Assembly: GCA_014729395.1 (NCBI GenBank)
Contig: WJJZ01000009.1
Span: forward strand, 1-37,403
Direction: 5' to 3'
DNA from: Candidatus Magasanikiibacteriota bacterium
GTDB taxonomy: Bacteria > Patescibacteriota > Patescibacteriia > Magasanikbacterales > UBA922
Length of the DNA stretch: 37,403 nt
The notes beneath the pieces were generated by a model, which was given only the letters and a program-made list of their open reading frames with translations, did not search any database and was not told where the DNA came from. Shown here one piece after another: positions 1 to 8,530 of this stretch (its first letter is position 1; every line of letters starts with the position of its first letter). A program made the position numbers and the translations under genes.

Positions 1-120
1 CGTGGCAATGAAGAGCAAGTAACAAAAGCAAAGAATACGATCATTGCGGCTATAATAGGAATAGTATTGGTGGTCGCGGCTTATGCGATAAGTAATTTCA
101 TAACAGGGGCTTTATTATAA
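1..120 (+). CDS. TrbC/VirB2-like pilin, 5'-truncated by window edge
   Basis: Frame 1 reads RGNEEQVTKAKNTIIAAIIGIVLVVAAYAISNFITGALL*, the same C-terminal motif as the four downstream ORFs. Confidence 0.8.
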   Translation, partial: RGNEEQVTKAKNTIIAAIIGIVLVVAAYAISNFITGALL

Positions 121-124
121 AACG

Positions 125-195
125 TAGGATATAGAATCCAATTTTTGGAAAAACAATATCCAAATTCTGGATTTTAAATTCTGGATTTAAATTTT
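125..195. repeat. Heptamer-period (TAGAATY/RATTCTA-type) repeat tract ending at the ATG
   Basis: AAATTCTGGATTT at 162-174 and 176-188; TAGGATA TAGAATC at 125-138 is a short inverted arm. Confidence 0.55.
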
Positions 196-555
196 ATGCT
201 AAAAACATTATTTATTTCATTGGCTTGTCTTGGTTTATTATTTCCATCTGTGGTTATGGGGCAAGGTCTCCGAGATGCTACCGGAAATTTGCAAGGCGTA
301 GCTCAGCAAGCCCGAGTAGATGACAAAGCTGAACTAAGTGAAGTTGTGGGTTCAATTATTAATGGCGCTCTTACACTTGTGGGACTGGTATTTTTAGTCT
401 TAATGGTCTATGCGGGCTATCTTTGGATGACCGCTCGAGGTAATGAAGAGCAAGTTGAAAAGTCTAAAAAGATTATTACCGCGTCAATAATAGGTCTTGT
501 CATAGTGGTGAGCGCATATGCTATCACTACTTTTGTCACGAGTAGGTTTCAATAA
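196..555 (+). CDS. TrbC/VirB2-like pilin
   Basis: Signal-like N-terminus; two hydrophobic helices around YAGYLWMTARGNEEQVEKSKK. Confidence 0.8.
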   Translation: MLKTLFISLACLGLLFPSVVMGQGLRDATGNLQGVAQQARVDDKAELSEVVGSIINGALTLVGLVFLVLMVYAGYLWMTARGNEEQVEKSKKIITASIIGLVIVVSAYAITTFVTSRFQ

Positions 556-630
556 TACAATAATTTAACGGCAATTATACAATAATTATTGTATAATTAT
601 AGCCAGATTATTGTTAAATTACTGTATAAT
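551..630. repeat. Inverted array of 11-bp units, gene-less copy 1
   Basis: AATAATACAAT AATTTAACGGC AATTATACAAT AATT ATTGTATAATT ATAGCCAGATT ATTGTTAAATT ACTGTATAAT; 573-598 is a perfect 26-bp palindrome. Confidence 0.9.
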
Positions 631-1038
631 ATGAAAAAAATAATAACTACATTAACTATTTTAACTTTGTTAATAATACCGGTGAGTGTATTTGCAATAG
701 ATTTGGGTACAGGTTTGACTGAAGACGCCGCTTTAAGAGCCGGATATTCCGCCGGAACAACTGAAACCACTTTTGCGGAAACTCTTGGTACGGTGGTAAA
801 AGCGGCCTTGTCTCTTGTCGGTATAATTTTTACTTTGCTTTTGGTGTATGCCGGATATCTTTGGATGACAGCGCGTGGTGAAGAGGACAAAGTGAACAAA
901 GCAACAAAGATTATCCAAGCGGCAATAGTGGGATTAATTATAACTCTGGCTGCATATAGTATAACCAACTTTGTAGTGCCAAGAGTCCTGGAAAGAACAA
1001 CCGGAAATACGGGTACAATTGGTAGCCCTGAAGATTAA
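631..1038 (+). CDS. TrbC/VirB2-like pilin
   Basis: ATG 631 (MKKIITT...VFA signal peptide); YAGYLWMTARGEEDKVNKA motif. The upstream 589 start translates repeat DNA. Confidence 0.8.
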   Translation: MKKIITTLTILTLLIIPVSVFAIDLGTGLTEDAALRAGYSAGTTETTFAETLGTVVKAALSLVGIIFTLLLVYAGYLWMTARGEEDKVNKATKIIQAAIVGLIITLAAYSITNFVVPRVLERTTGNTGTIGSPED

Positions 1039-1039
1039 T

Positions 1040-1438
1040 ATGAAATTTTTTTTCTTACTGACATTTTTATTCGTATTTGTTTTCAGTATTTTTGTATTTC
1101 AGGCTGACTATTCACTCGCTCAGGTGGATCTGCAAGATCAAATAACGCAACAATATGAAGCCGGAGCGGGTGCGGCAGAGTTGGGAGAAGCGAGAGATCC
1201 GAGGAGAATAGTAGCTACAATCATAAAAGTTTTTTTAGGTCTTTTGGGAACTATTTTTATGGTTTTGGTTTTTATGGGAGGTTATTGGTTGCTTATAGCT
1301 AGGGGGGATGAAGAAAAAATAAAAAAAGCACAAAATACCATAAAGCGCGCTGTAATTGGATTAATTATCATTATGTTATCATATGCCATTGTGGATTACA
1401 TAGCCAAAGGCTTACAAACCGCAGTCTATGGCGGATGA
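1040..1438 (+). CDS. TrbC/VirB2-like pilin
   Basis: ATG 1040 just after the previous stop; GGYWLLIARGDEEKIKKAQNTI motif and two TM helices. Confidence 0.8.
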   Translation: MKFFFLLTFLFVFVFSIFVFQADYSLAQVDLQDQITQQYEAGAGAAELGEARDPRRIVATIIKVFLGLLGTIFMVLVFMGGYWLLIARGDEEKIKKAQNTIKRAVIGLIIIMLSYAIVDYIAKGLQTAVYGG

Positions 1439-1943
1439 GTTAGTTATTATGACCGATATAAAAAAATGTATTAAATTAAGTTTGCGTTATTTTGCGGCCT
1501 TCTTTTTGATTTTAATATATACTTTCTTTTTTTATATTGTTCCGGTAAATGCTAGTGGTGGTTCAAATAGTTCGGATTTGGCCGAGCAAACCGCTGCCTT
1601 TGCCGGTCAGCAAGGGGCCGGAATTGAAACAGACAGAGATGTAAGAGAAGTTGCTGCATTAATAATCAGAAGTGCTCTGGGTTTGATTGGGATTATATTT
1701 TTAGGATATGGAATTTATGGGGGATATGTAATTATGATGTCAAGAGGAAATGAAGAAAAAGTAGCTCAAGGCAAAAAAACACTTTTGACAGCTGTTATTG
1801 GTGTAATAGTGATTTTAGGAGCCTATGCGATTACATTGGCAATCGCCAGAATTGTAACACCGCGTAGCTATGAGTCCGGAGTAGATGTATGGGTAGAGCC
1901 GGATTATTCAGATTATTATAATAGTGATCCTTTGGGTTTTTAA
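1428..1943 (+). CDS. TrbC/VirB2-like pilin with C-terminal extension (alternative start 1449)
   Basis: YGGYVIMMSRGNEEKVAQGKKTL motif and two TM helices. Confidence 0.75.
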   Translation: MADELVIMTDIKKCIKLSLRYFAAFFLILIYTFFFYIVPVNASGGSNSSDLAEQTAAFAGQQGAGIETDRDVREVAALIIRSALGLIGIIFLGYGIYGGYVIMMSRGNEEKVAQGKKTLLTAVIGVIVILGAYAITLAIARIVTPRSYESGVDVWVEPDYSDYYNSDPLGF

Positions 1944-3043
1944 AATTTTTCCTTTATTACTTTTAGAATTTTATTGGCCCCGTTGGGGATATTTTTTTTA
2001 TGCGAAGAGGGGTTTTTTATATATTTATGCACGTAATACAATAAATCTTCGGGACTGTGCACCACGGATCCCAAATTATTTTGTAAAATATACTCGGCAT
2101 TTCTTTCTTCTTGCCCGGGTATCGGTTCGGTAGCAATAATATATTTGCCGCAAGCGATGCATTCAGTGGTAGTTAAACCACCGGTTTTGGTTATAATCAA
2201 GTCAGAGCATTTCACGTAGTCGTGAACGATGTCGGTCCAGCCAAGGATAGTCATTGAAATATTGTCAGGGTAGTTTATTTTTTCAAGTCTTTTCTTGAGA
2301 GTGGCGTTTTTCCCGGTGATTGCTATGATATGAATATCTTTATCAATTTTTAATAGTGTATTGATGACTTTATCGCTTCTTGTGAAACCTTGGCCACCAG
2401 ACATAACTAAGAAAATACTTTTATCAAGAGGTAAATTCAGTTTTTTCTTTAGAGTGATTGGATCCCTTTTTTCAAAAAAAACCGAATCAATCGGAATTCC
2501 ACTCAGGGTGGATGGAGCCCTGTTGTCGCTGTTCATTATTTTCCATTTCATTTTTTCCGTGGCAACAAAATAGTGACTGACTCCCGAAACAAGCCAAAGA
2601 TTATGCAGGTCATAATCTGTTAGAACAAGAGTAACCGGTACATTGAATTTATATTTTTTAGGAGCATTAAATATAATATCGGCAGGTAAGAAATGTGTAC
2701 AAATTATTATATCGGGCTTATATGAATTAATATATTCGTAAAATTTGTACGAGTTTATTTTTTTTAATTGATTTGTAATTTTGTTAAATTTGCGGCCTAT
2801 GTTATTGTTGTCGGTTTTATCATACAAATAACCCCATAATTCGGGCATTCTTTTTACAATTAGGTCATAAGAATCAATAACGGCTTTTTTCATTGTCAAT
2901 GTGGTGTGATCGATTAAATCAATATGTTTTGTTTCAATGTCGGGAAAATTTTGTTGTGCTTCCTTGTGTATTGCTTGAGCGGCTCGAACATGACCGGATC
3001 CACCCGGAATTGAGATAATTAAAACTTTCTTTTTTTGTTTCAT
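1940..3043 (-). CDS. Diacylglycerol glycosyltransferase (UgtP/MGDG synthase-like, GT28)
   Basis: GSGHVRAA, PDIIICTHFLP, ITKTGGLTTTE and PIPGQEERNA motifs. Confidence 0.88.
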   Translation of the reverse strand: MKQKKKVLIISIPGGSGHVRAAQAIHKEAQQNFPDIETKHIDLIDHTTLTMKKAVIDSYDLIVKRMPELWGYLYDKTDNNNIGRKFNKITNQLKKINSYKFYEYINSYKPDIIICTHFLPADIIFNAPKKYKFNVPVTLVLTDYDLHNLWLVSGVSHYFVATEKMKWKIMNSDNRAPSTLSGIPIDSVFFEKRDPITLKKKLNLPLDKSIFLVMSGGQGFTRSDKVINTLLKIDKDIHIIAITGKNATLKKRLEKINYPDNISMTILGWTDIVHDYVKCSDLIITKTGGLTTTECIACGKYIIATEPIPGQEERNAEYILQNNLGSVVHSPEDLLYYVHKYIKNPSSHKKNIPNGANKILKVIKEKF

Positions 3044-3098
3044 ATAAGCTTATTGTATCGTAAATTTGCTTTATATTCTAGTATTAAAAAATCCCCAA

Positions 3099-3174
3099 TG
3101 GGGTGGCTATCGGGAATTGAACCCGAATTGTCGGCGCCACAAGCCGAAGTAATAACCATTATACCATAGCCACC
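3099..3174 (-). tRNA. tRNA-His(GTG) with G-1 and encoded CCA
   Basis: Minus strand G-GTGGCTA...TCGGC TT GTG GC GCCGA...GGGTTCAATTCCC...TAGCCAC C CCA folds as a cloverleaf. Confidence 0.96.
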
Positions 3175-3200
3175 CCACTAGGGACTTGGATAACAAAAAA

Positions 3201-3229
3201 ATTATAGCAAGATTTTGCTGTTTTGTCAA
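3201..3229 (-). promoter_or_regulatory. Sigma70 promoter for tRNA-His
   Basis: TTGACA-17bp-TATAAT with extended TG on the minus strand. Confidence 0.85.
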
Positions 3230-3293
3230 TAATATTTATTGTTTTTTAAAAATAAAAAACAGCCCTTTTAATGAACTGTTTTTTTAAAGTTAA

Positions 3294-4040
3294 TTATTTA
3301 GTAGCCACTCTTTCAAAAGCTCTTAATACTTCCAAAGGAATCGCAAAAATAACAGTATTTGATTGGTCAGAGCTTAGGTCATTCAAGCTGTTTAGGGTTC
3401 TAAGGTGTAGAGCGCCCGGCTGGTCAGCTAATTTTTTGGCAGCATCAGTCAAGTTTTGTGAAGCAGCCACTTCACCTTCGGATTTAATAATCACCGCTCT
3501 TCTTTCGCGTTCAGCTTCAGCCTGCTTGGCTATAGTTCGTTGCATTTCATCCGGTAAAATAACGTCTTTTAACTCGACACTCTCTACTTTTATTCCCCAA
3601 GGATCTGTTGCTGTGTCAACGATTTCTTTTATTTTTTGAGCGGCTGTTTCTCTATTAGCAAGCAGTTCGTCAAGTTCCAGTTCACCTACCACATTTCTCA
3701 TAGTGGTCTGAGCCAATTGACTAACAGCGAACCAGAAATTTTCCACTTCTAATACGGCTTTGGAGGCGTCGGCTACCTTGTAGTAAATTACAGCATTAAT
3801 TTTTGCCGAAATATTATCTTTTGTAATGGCTTCCTGAAAAGGGACATCAACCGCTTTTACACGCATGTCGACTTTGGTCATGCTTTGGAAAACAGGAATA
3901 ACCAAGCGCCAACCCGGTTTAATTACTCCCTTGAATTTTCCAAGCTGAAATTTAACCCCTCTTTGGTATTCATTTACCTGGCGTATGCTTATTAGCAGTA
4001 CAACACCGATAAAAATTAATAAACTTATAAAACCTGACAT
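3294..4040 (-). CDS. SPFH/band-7 (stomatin/slipin) protein
   Basis: N-terminal TM; ITKDN, AQTTMRNVVG, WGIKVESVELKDV and AEAERERRA motifs. Confidence 0.93.
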   Translation of the reverse strand: MSGFISLLIFIGVVLLISIRQVNEYQRGVKFQLGKFKGVIKPGWRLVIPVFQSMTKVDMRVKAVDVPFQEAITKDNISAKINAVIYYKVADASKAVLEVENFWFAVSQLAQTTMRNVVGELELDELLANRETAAQKIKEIVDTATDPWGIKVESVELKDVILPDEMQRTIAKQAEAERERRAVIIKSEGEVAASQNLTDAAKKLADQPGALHLRTLNSLNDLSSDQSNTVIFAIPLEVLRAFERVATK

Positions 4041-4118
4041 ATTATTTTAGTTTAAAATCTAGAATTATTAAATCCCTTAATTAACTTGGGACGGGTCTAG
4101 AATTTATTAATATAACTT

Positions 4119-4147
4119 AGTATATGTAAAATTCATGGAAAATTCAA
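4119..4147 (-). promoter_or_regulatory. Probable sigma70 promoter for the SPFH gene
   Basis: TTGAAT-17bp-TATACT on the minus strand. Confidence 0.55.
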
Positions 4148-4198
4148 GAGCTCGGATAAAAAAACATACGTCAATTTAACTTTAGTTAAGTAATTTTT

Positions 4199-4254
4199 AT
4201 TGTACAATTATAGTCAAATTATAGTATAATTATTGTAATTTACTGTAATTTACT
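4199..4254. repeat. 11-bp-unit array, right arm only (copy 2)
   Basis: ATTGTACAATT ATAGTCAAATT ATAGTATAATT ATTGTAATTT ACTGTAATTT ACT, then ATG 4255. Confidence 0.85.
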
Positions 4255-5310
4255 ATGAAAAAATTATTATTAATCATTATTTTTACATTCGTTTTATTAC
4301 CAAGCGCTGTTTTTGCGACGGGCGAGACTCAATTTAAGGCCAGAATAGACAATATTGGTGATGATTTTATCAGAGTAGAAAATTTGGATACAAAAAAGAA
4401 ATACACAATTGATGAATCTTTTGAGGTGGGGATGAGGCAGCAGTTAAATATAGGTGACAAAGTGCTGGTAAATGAAATAACAATGCAGGATGGGGTAAAG
4501 AGATATGTCATTACCGATATGATACGCGGCCCTTGGATTTATGTGCTTATATTTATTTTTATGCTTACGGTAGCTTTGATTGGAGGAAAGCAGGGGGTGA
4601 GGTCGCTTTTTAATTTATTTTTGACATTGACTATAATTTTATTTGTTGTCATACCGCTTGTTTTAAAGGGTTGGAATCCGATACTGGTTGTGGTTGGTGG
4701 CGGCTCTCTTGCAATGTTATTCAACATATACATCACGTACGGAATAAATAAAAAATCCCATGGGACATTAATAAGTATAATCGCCAGTTTATTTTTGGCT
4801 GCTTTGATGTCGGCTTTTTTTGTTCGATTTGCTTCTCTTACCGGGTTTGTCCAAGAGGAAGCGAGTTTTATTATCACTCTTGGTTATAGCGATTTGGATA
4901 TGAGGGGAATACTGTTGGCCGCAATTATTGTTGGTACGCTTGGTGTAATCGATGATTTGGCAATAAGTCAGATTTCATTGGTAAGGGAATTATCAAAAGC
5001 AAACAAGAAAATGACCAAGCTTGAGTTATTCCAGTCTGCGTTCAGAGTCGGGAGAGATCATACCAGTTCGATGGTTAATACTCTTGTTTTGGCTTATACC
5101 GGTGCGGCTTTTCCTTTAATGATATTATTTTCCATAGGCAACCCACCATTTGATTCCTTGGCTTCTATACTAAATAATGAAGCTGTTGCGACTGAAATTG
5201 TCCGTACTTTGGTAGGGAGTATTTGTTTGCTTTTTACAATGCCGATTGCTGCCTGGGTGGGGGCCTGGTTATTTCATAACAAAGTTGACAAAAAGACTGA
5301 AAAAGGTTAA
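4255..5310 (+). CDS. YibE/F family membrane protein
   Basis: Multi-TM; LGVIDDLAISQ, VGRDH, MVNTLVLAYTG and EIVRTLVGSI motifs. Confidence 0.9.
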   Translation: MKKLLLIIIFTFVLLPSAVFATGETQFKARIDNIGDDFIRVENLDTKKKYTIDESFEVGMRQQLNIGDKVLVNEITMQDGVKRYVITDMIRGPWIYVLIFIFMLTVALIGGKQGVRSLFNLFLTLTIILFVVIPLVLKGWNPILVVVGGGSLAMLFNIYITYGINKKSHGTLISIIASLFLAALMSAFFVRFASLTGFVQEEASFIITLGYSDLDMRGILLAAIIVGTLGVIDDLAISQISLVRELSKANKKMTKLELFQSAFRVGRDHTSSMVNTLVLAYTGAAFPLMILFSIGNPPFDSLASILNNEAVATEIVRTLVGSICLLFTMPIAAWVGAWLFHNKVDKKTEKG

Positions 5311-5313
5311 AAT
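5285..5313 (+). promoter_or_regulatory. Sigma70 promoter for tRNA-Arg, overlapping the 3' end of the YibE/F gene
   Basis: TTGACA-17bp-TAAAAT. Confidence 0.7.
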
Positions 5314-5331
5314 TTGTGTGTTTTCTTATAC

Positions 5332-5403
5332 GGGCCCGTAGTTCAATGGATAGAATAGAAGCCTTCTAAGCTTTAGATCTAGGTTCGATTCCTAGCGGGC
5401 CTA
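5332..5403 (+). tRNA. tRNA-Arg(TCT), CCA not encoded
   Basis: GGGCCCG...GAAGC CT TCT AA GCTTT...CTAGG TTCGATT CCTAG CGGGCCT A cloverleaf. Confidence 0.95.
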
Positions 5404-5404
5404 C

Positions 5405-5432
5405 AAAAAATCCAGCTCTAGCTGGATTTTTT
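5405..5432. terminator. Bidirectional intrinsic terminator
   Basis: AAAAAATCCAGCT CT AGCTGGATTTTTT between the convergent tRNA and recombinase gene. Confidence 0.75.
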
Positions 5433-6380
5433 TGGTTTATCTTTTCTATGATATTTTTTGTGAACTTTTTTTAATTGTTTATCAGTAATATGTGTATAAA
5501 TTTGCGTAGTTGTAATAGAGGAGTGTCCAAGCATGGATTGAACACTTCTGATGTCTGCCCCGTTTTGTAATAAATCGGTTGCAAAAGAGTGTCGCAATGT
5601 GTGTGGCGTTACTTCTTTGGTGATACCGGCCGCCTTGGTGTATTTTTTTACTGTTCTCTGAACGGTTCTTGAAGTAATGTGGTCATCAGAATCTTTTTTG
5701 GCTGATTTTTGTTTCCCTGTTCTTTTGTCATGTGAGACAAATAAATAAGGATTCATATCTTTTCTGCTTTCCATATATTTTTTTATCCAATGTCGGGCTT
5801 GTTCTGACAAAAAAATAATCCTTGATTTACCGCCTTTTCCGGTAATAGTAAATTCATCTTTTTTTAAATTTATATTTTCTTTCTTGAGCTTAGCAAGCTC
5901 CGATACTCGAAGTCCGCTCGAAAAGAGTAGTTCCAAAATTGCTTTATCACGCAAAGCGATCAATTTGGCGTTTGTGGAAGTGCCGATATTTTTTAATGGC
6001 GCTTCTAAAAGTCGATGTAAATCACTGCCTTCCAAGTATGTTATATCTCTATCCGGCATTTTCATAAGCTCAATTTTTTCAGGTGGGAGTGTTTTTACGT
6101 CTCGTTTGGCAAGATACTTCAAAAAACTTCTTAAAGCTATGAGGTGATAATTTTGCGTGTTCTTTTTCAAAGGTTCACCATGAACATCAATTAATTTATT
6201 GAGCCATAGTCTGTATTTTCTAATATCTTCAGCTGTGACTGAAGTGGGGGATTTGTCACCAAACCATTCTATAAAACGACTTAAATAAAAGTGATAATTT
6301 TGAATGGTCTTATCACTCCTATTTTTTTCAATCTCGAGATGTTCGAGAAAGTCAGTTAAATATTTGGAGAGGGTTTTCAT
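5418..6380 (-). CDS. XerC/XerD-family tyrosine recombinase
   Basis: RDKAILELLFSSGLRVSEL, GKGGKSR, TPHTLRHSFAT and LGHSSITTTQIY give the full R-K-H-R-H-Y catalytic set. Confidence 0.93.
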   Translation of the reverse strand: MKTLSKYLTDFLEHLEIEKNRSDKTIQNYHFYLSRFIEWFGDKSPTSVTAEDIRKYRLWLNKLIDVHGEPLKKNTQNYHLIALRSFLKYLAKRDVKTLPPEKIELMKMPDRDITYLEGSDLHRLLEAPLKNIGTSTNAKLIALRDKAILELLFSSGLRVSELAKLKKENINLKKDEFTITGKGGKSRIIFLSEQARHWIKKYMESRKDMNPYLFVSHDKRTGKQKSAKKDSDDHITSRTVQRTVKKYTKAAGITKEVTPHTLRHSFATDLLQNGADIRSVQSMLGHSSITTTQIYTHITDKQLKKVHKKYHRKDKPKKSS

Positions 6381-6386
6381 AATAAT

Positions 6387-6469
6387 CAGTTCACAGCCAG
6401 CAGTTCACAATGGATTTATCCAATCCGGTTATGTCTCTTTCTGAGAACTGTTAGCTGCGAACTGTTATT
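6387..6469. repeat. Inverted heptamer array (CAGTTCA type) in the recombinase leader
   Basis: CAGTTCA CAGCCAG CAGTTCA CA (6387-6409) is inverted to TGAGAAC TGTTAGC TGCGAAC TG (6442-6464). Confidence 0.8.
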
Positions 6470-6498
6470 ATTGTACGACATATTTATATCTTTTTCAA
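6470..6498 (-). promoter_or_regulatory. Probable promoter for the recombinase
   Basis: TTGAAA-17bp-TACAAT on the minus strand. Confidence 0.6.
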
Positions 6499-6510
6499 GT
6501 AAAAATGCTA

Positions 6511-6539
6511 TTGACAAAGTGCTATTTTTTTGCTATAAT
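6511..6539 (+). promoter_or_regulatory. Consensus sigma70 promoter
   Basis: TTGACA-17bp-TATAAT with extended TG. Confidence 0.88.
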
Positions 6540-6593
6540 ATATATGTTCAATACAAAAAGTTGAACCAAAAATAAAAATAAATACAAAAACAT

Positions 6594-6713
6594 ATGGAGG
6601 AAAAAAATTGGGCCACCGGCTCGGAAAAATTTGAGTTACATTTTCCCTTTTATTACCTTTTAGCAGGTATCGCTTTACTGATAGCTGTTTTTTTATATCT
6701 TCCTGGAGGATAA
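6594..6713 (+). CDS. Small single-TM protein (39 aa), absent from the ORF track
   Basis: MEEKNWATGSEKFELHFPFYYLLAGIALLIAVFLYLPGG*, lying between a consensus promoter and a terminator. Confidence 0.65.
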   Translation: MEEKNWATGSEKFELHFPFYYLLAGIALLIAVFLYLPGG

Positions 6714-6752
6714 AGTATTTTTTTTAACAATTTATATTTTATAAAATAAATT

Positions 6753-6777
6753 TAGCCCCGCAAGGGCTATTTTTTTT
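6753..6777 (+). terminator. Intrinsic terminator
   Basis: TAGCCC CGCAA GGGCTA followed by a T-run. Confidence 0.85.
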
Positions 6778-6868
6778 GAGAAATTCATGTTACATTAATA
6801 CACGACACACGATCCATGTCCGTCTGTCGTTGTCAGGGAAGATTATACAAAATGTAAATCGTATTAAT

Positions 6869-7327
6869 ATGTTTTATCTTATCCTACCCAACATCAGATC
6901 ATGTCACAATGTCGGCGCCATGTTTAGAACCGCCGATGCTTTTGGCATTAGTAGAATTTTTTTAGTAGGTTATACGGCCAGTCCGCCCAAAATTCAAATT
7001 GACAAAGTCGCGCTTGGTGCGGAAAAATGGGTACCTTGGGAAAAAAGGGAAGATTTGGCGAGTTTAATAAAAGAACTTAAAGAAAAAGGAGTAAAAATAG
7101 TAGCTTTAGAAAAAAATGATAAAAGTATTAATATTTCTTTAACAAAATTTGATGCCCCGCTTGCTTTAATAGTAGGTAATGAGGTGGAGGGGGTTGAACC
7201 GGATATATTAAAAATGTGTGATCAGATCGTGCATATTCCGATGTACGGGAAGAAGGAGAGTTTGAATGTTTCGGTTGCAGCCGGTGTGGCGATGTATGTA
7301 ATAAACAATAATTACACAATAATTTGA
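6869..7327 (+). CDS. SpoU/TrmH family RNA 2'-O-methyltransferase
   Basis: ATG 6869; NVGAMFRTADAFG, VGNEVEG and IPMYGKKESLNVSVAAG SPOUT motifs. Confidence 0.92.
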   Translation: MFYLILPNIRSCHNVGAMFRTADAFGISRIFLVGYTASPPKIQIDKVALGAEKWVPWEKREDLASLIKELKEKGVKIVALEKNDKSINISLTKFDAPLALIVGNEVEGVEPDILKMCDQIVHIPMYGKKESLNVSVAAGVAMYVINNNYTII

Positions 7328-7398
7328 CCATAATTACACAATAATTATTTTAATTATCGTCAAATCATTGTTAAATTATCATATAATTATAGTATTCT
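7300..7398. repeat. Inverted array of 11-bp units, gene-less copy 3
   Basis: AATTACACAAT AATTTGACCAT AATTACACAAT ... ATCGTCAAATC ATTGTTAAATT ATCATATAATT ATAGTATTCT; contains the upstream stop codon and ends at ATG 7399. Confidence 0.9.
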
Positions 7399-8067
7399 AT
7401 GAAAACCATAATTTTTGACATCGAAACAATTCCTGTGGATTTTGATTCCTTGGATGAAGCTCAACAATATTATTTACAAAAATATGCGGATACAGATGAA
7501 GAAAAAGAAAAAGTAAAAGATCAAATGGCTCTGTGGGCGCCGACAAATAGGATAGTGGCAATTGGAATGCTTTCGGTAGAATCTGAAAGTGGAGCGGTTT
7601 ATTTCCAGGATGGCGATAAAGAGATTGAGGATTTTGAAGATGGGGAAATTAAATATTCAGCCGGATCTGAAAAAGAAATTTTAGAAAAATTTTGGAAAGC
7701 AATTTCTTTTGCTAATAAATTTGTTACTTTCAATGGACGCGGATTTGACTGTCCGGTGCTTATGTTGCGGTCGGCTATGCTTGAAGTTAAGCCAACAAAA
7801 AATTTAATGCCGTATAGATATAGCGCGGATCAGCATGTTGATTTATTGGAACAGCTGACTTTTTATAATGCGTCCAGAAAGTTTAATTTGGATATGTATT
7901 GCAAGGCTTTTGGAATAAAATCTCCAAAGTCAGGCGGTGTTACCGGTCATGATGTGAAGCCCTTATTTCATGCCGGTGAGTATGAAAAGATAGCTAAATA
8001 TTGTGCCGGGGATTTATTTGCAACACGTGAACTCTATCTTCGCTGGGAGGAGTATATTAAGTTTTAG
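7399..8067 (+). CDS. DEDDy 3'-5' exonuclease related to the PolB exonuclease domain
   Basis: IIFDIETIP, FVTFNGRGFDCP, HVDL and YCAGD motifs. Confidence 0.85.
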   Translation: MKTIIFDIETIPVDFDSLDEAQQYYLQKYADTDEEKEKVKDQMALWAPTNRIVAIGMLSVESESGAVYFQDGDKEIEDFEDGEIKYSAGSEKEILEKFWKAISFANKFVTFNGRGFDCPVLMLRSAMLEVKPTKNLMPYRYSADQHVDLLEQLTFYNASRKFNLDMYCKAFGIKSPKSGGVTGHDVKPLFHAGEYEKIAKYCAGDLFATRELYLRWEEYIKF

Positions 8068-8115
8068 TTGAAACAATAATTCAACCATAATTATACAAAT
8101 ATTATACAATAATTT
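8068..8115. repeat. Left arm of the 11-bp-unit element, upstream of the four-helix-bundle gene
   Basis: TTGAAACAAT AATTCAACCAT AATTATACAAA TATTATACAAT AATTT. Confidence 0.88.
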
Positions 8116-8117
8116 AT

Positions 8118-8510
8118 ATGCCGGGTAAGTATATAGAATTGAAAGATTTGTTTGTTTATAAAATTTCTTTGGAATTGTGTGACATGGCTTGGGAGATTTA
8201 CCATACATTTGATTGGCAGATTAAAAAAATTATTGGTGATCAGTTTATCAGAGCAGTTGACTCAAATGCTGCCAATATAGTTGAAGGCTATGGGAGGTAT
8301 CATTATCTTGATAAAATTAAGTTCTACTATAATGCTAGGGCATCGTTAATGGAGTCAAAACATTGGTGTATTTTGTTGTCAAAAAGAAAGTTGGTCAATA
8401 AAAAAAATTATGATAATTTTTTGAAACAAATTGAACATGTTCACTACCATCTTAATAATTGGATTAACGTTACCTATAAAAATAGAGATCAGTTCGGTAG
8501 TGATAAGTAG
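8118..8510 (+). CDS. Four-helix-bundle protein (23S rRNA IVP / Avd-like family)
   Basis: DLFVY...DQFIRAVDSNAANIVEGYGR...FYYNARASLME signature. Confidence 0.92.
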   Translation: MPGKYIELKDLFVYKISLELCDMAWEIYHTFDWQIKKIIGDQFIRAVDSNAANIVEGYGRYHYLDKIKFYYNARASLMESKHWCILLSKRKLVNKKNYDNFLKQIEHVHYHLNNWINVTYKNRDQFGSDK

Positions 8511-8530
8511 AAAATAATTTATCCGTAATA

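Noticed and set aside
5332-6380. Tyrosine recombinase beside a tRNA 3' end as an integrated island or prophage
   Set aside because: The protein looks like a housekeeping Xer, I found no duplicate of the tRNA-Arg 3' end in the window, and the neighbours are not phage or plasmid genes. An att site outside the window cannot be excluded.
8118-8510. Complete diversity-generating retroelement around the Avd-like gene
   Set aside because: No reverse transcriptase and no TR/VR pair are visible in the window.
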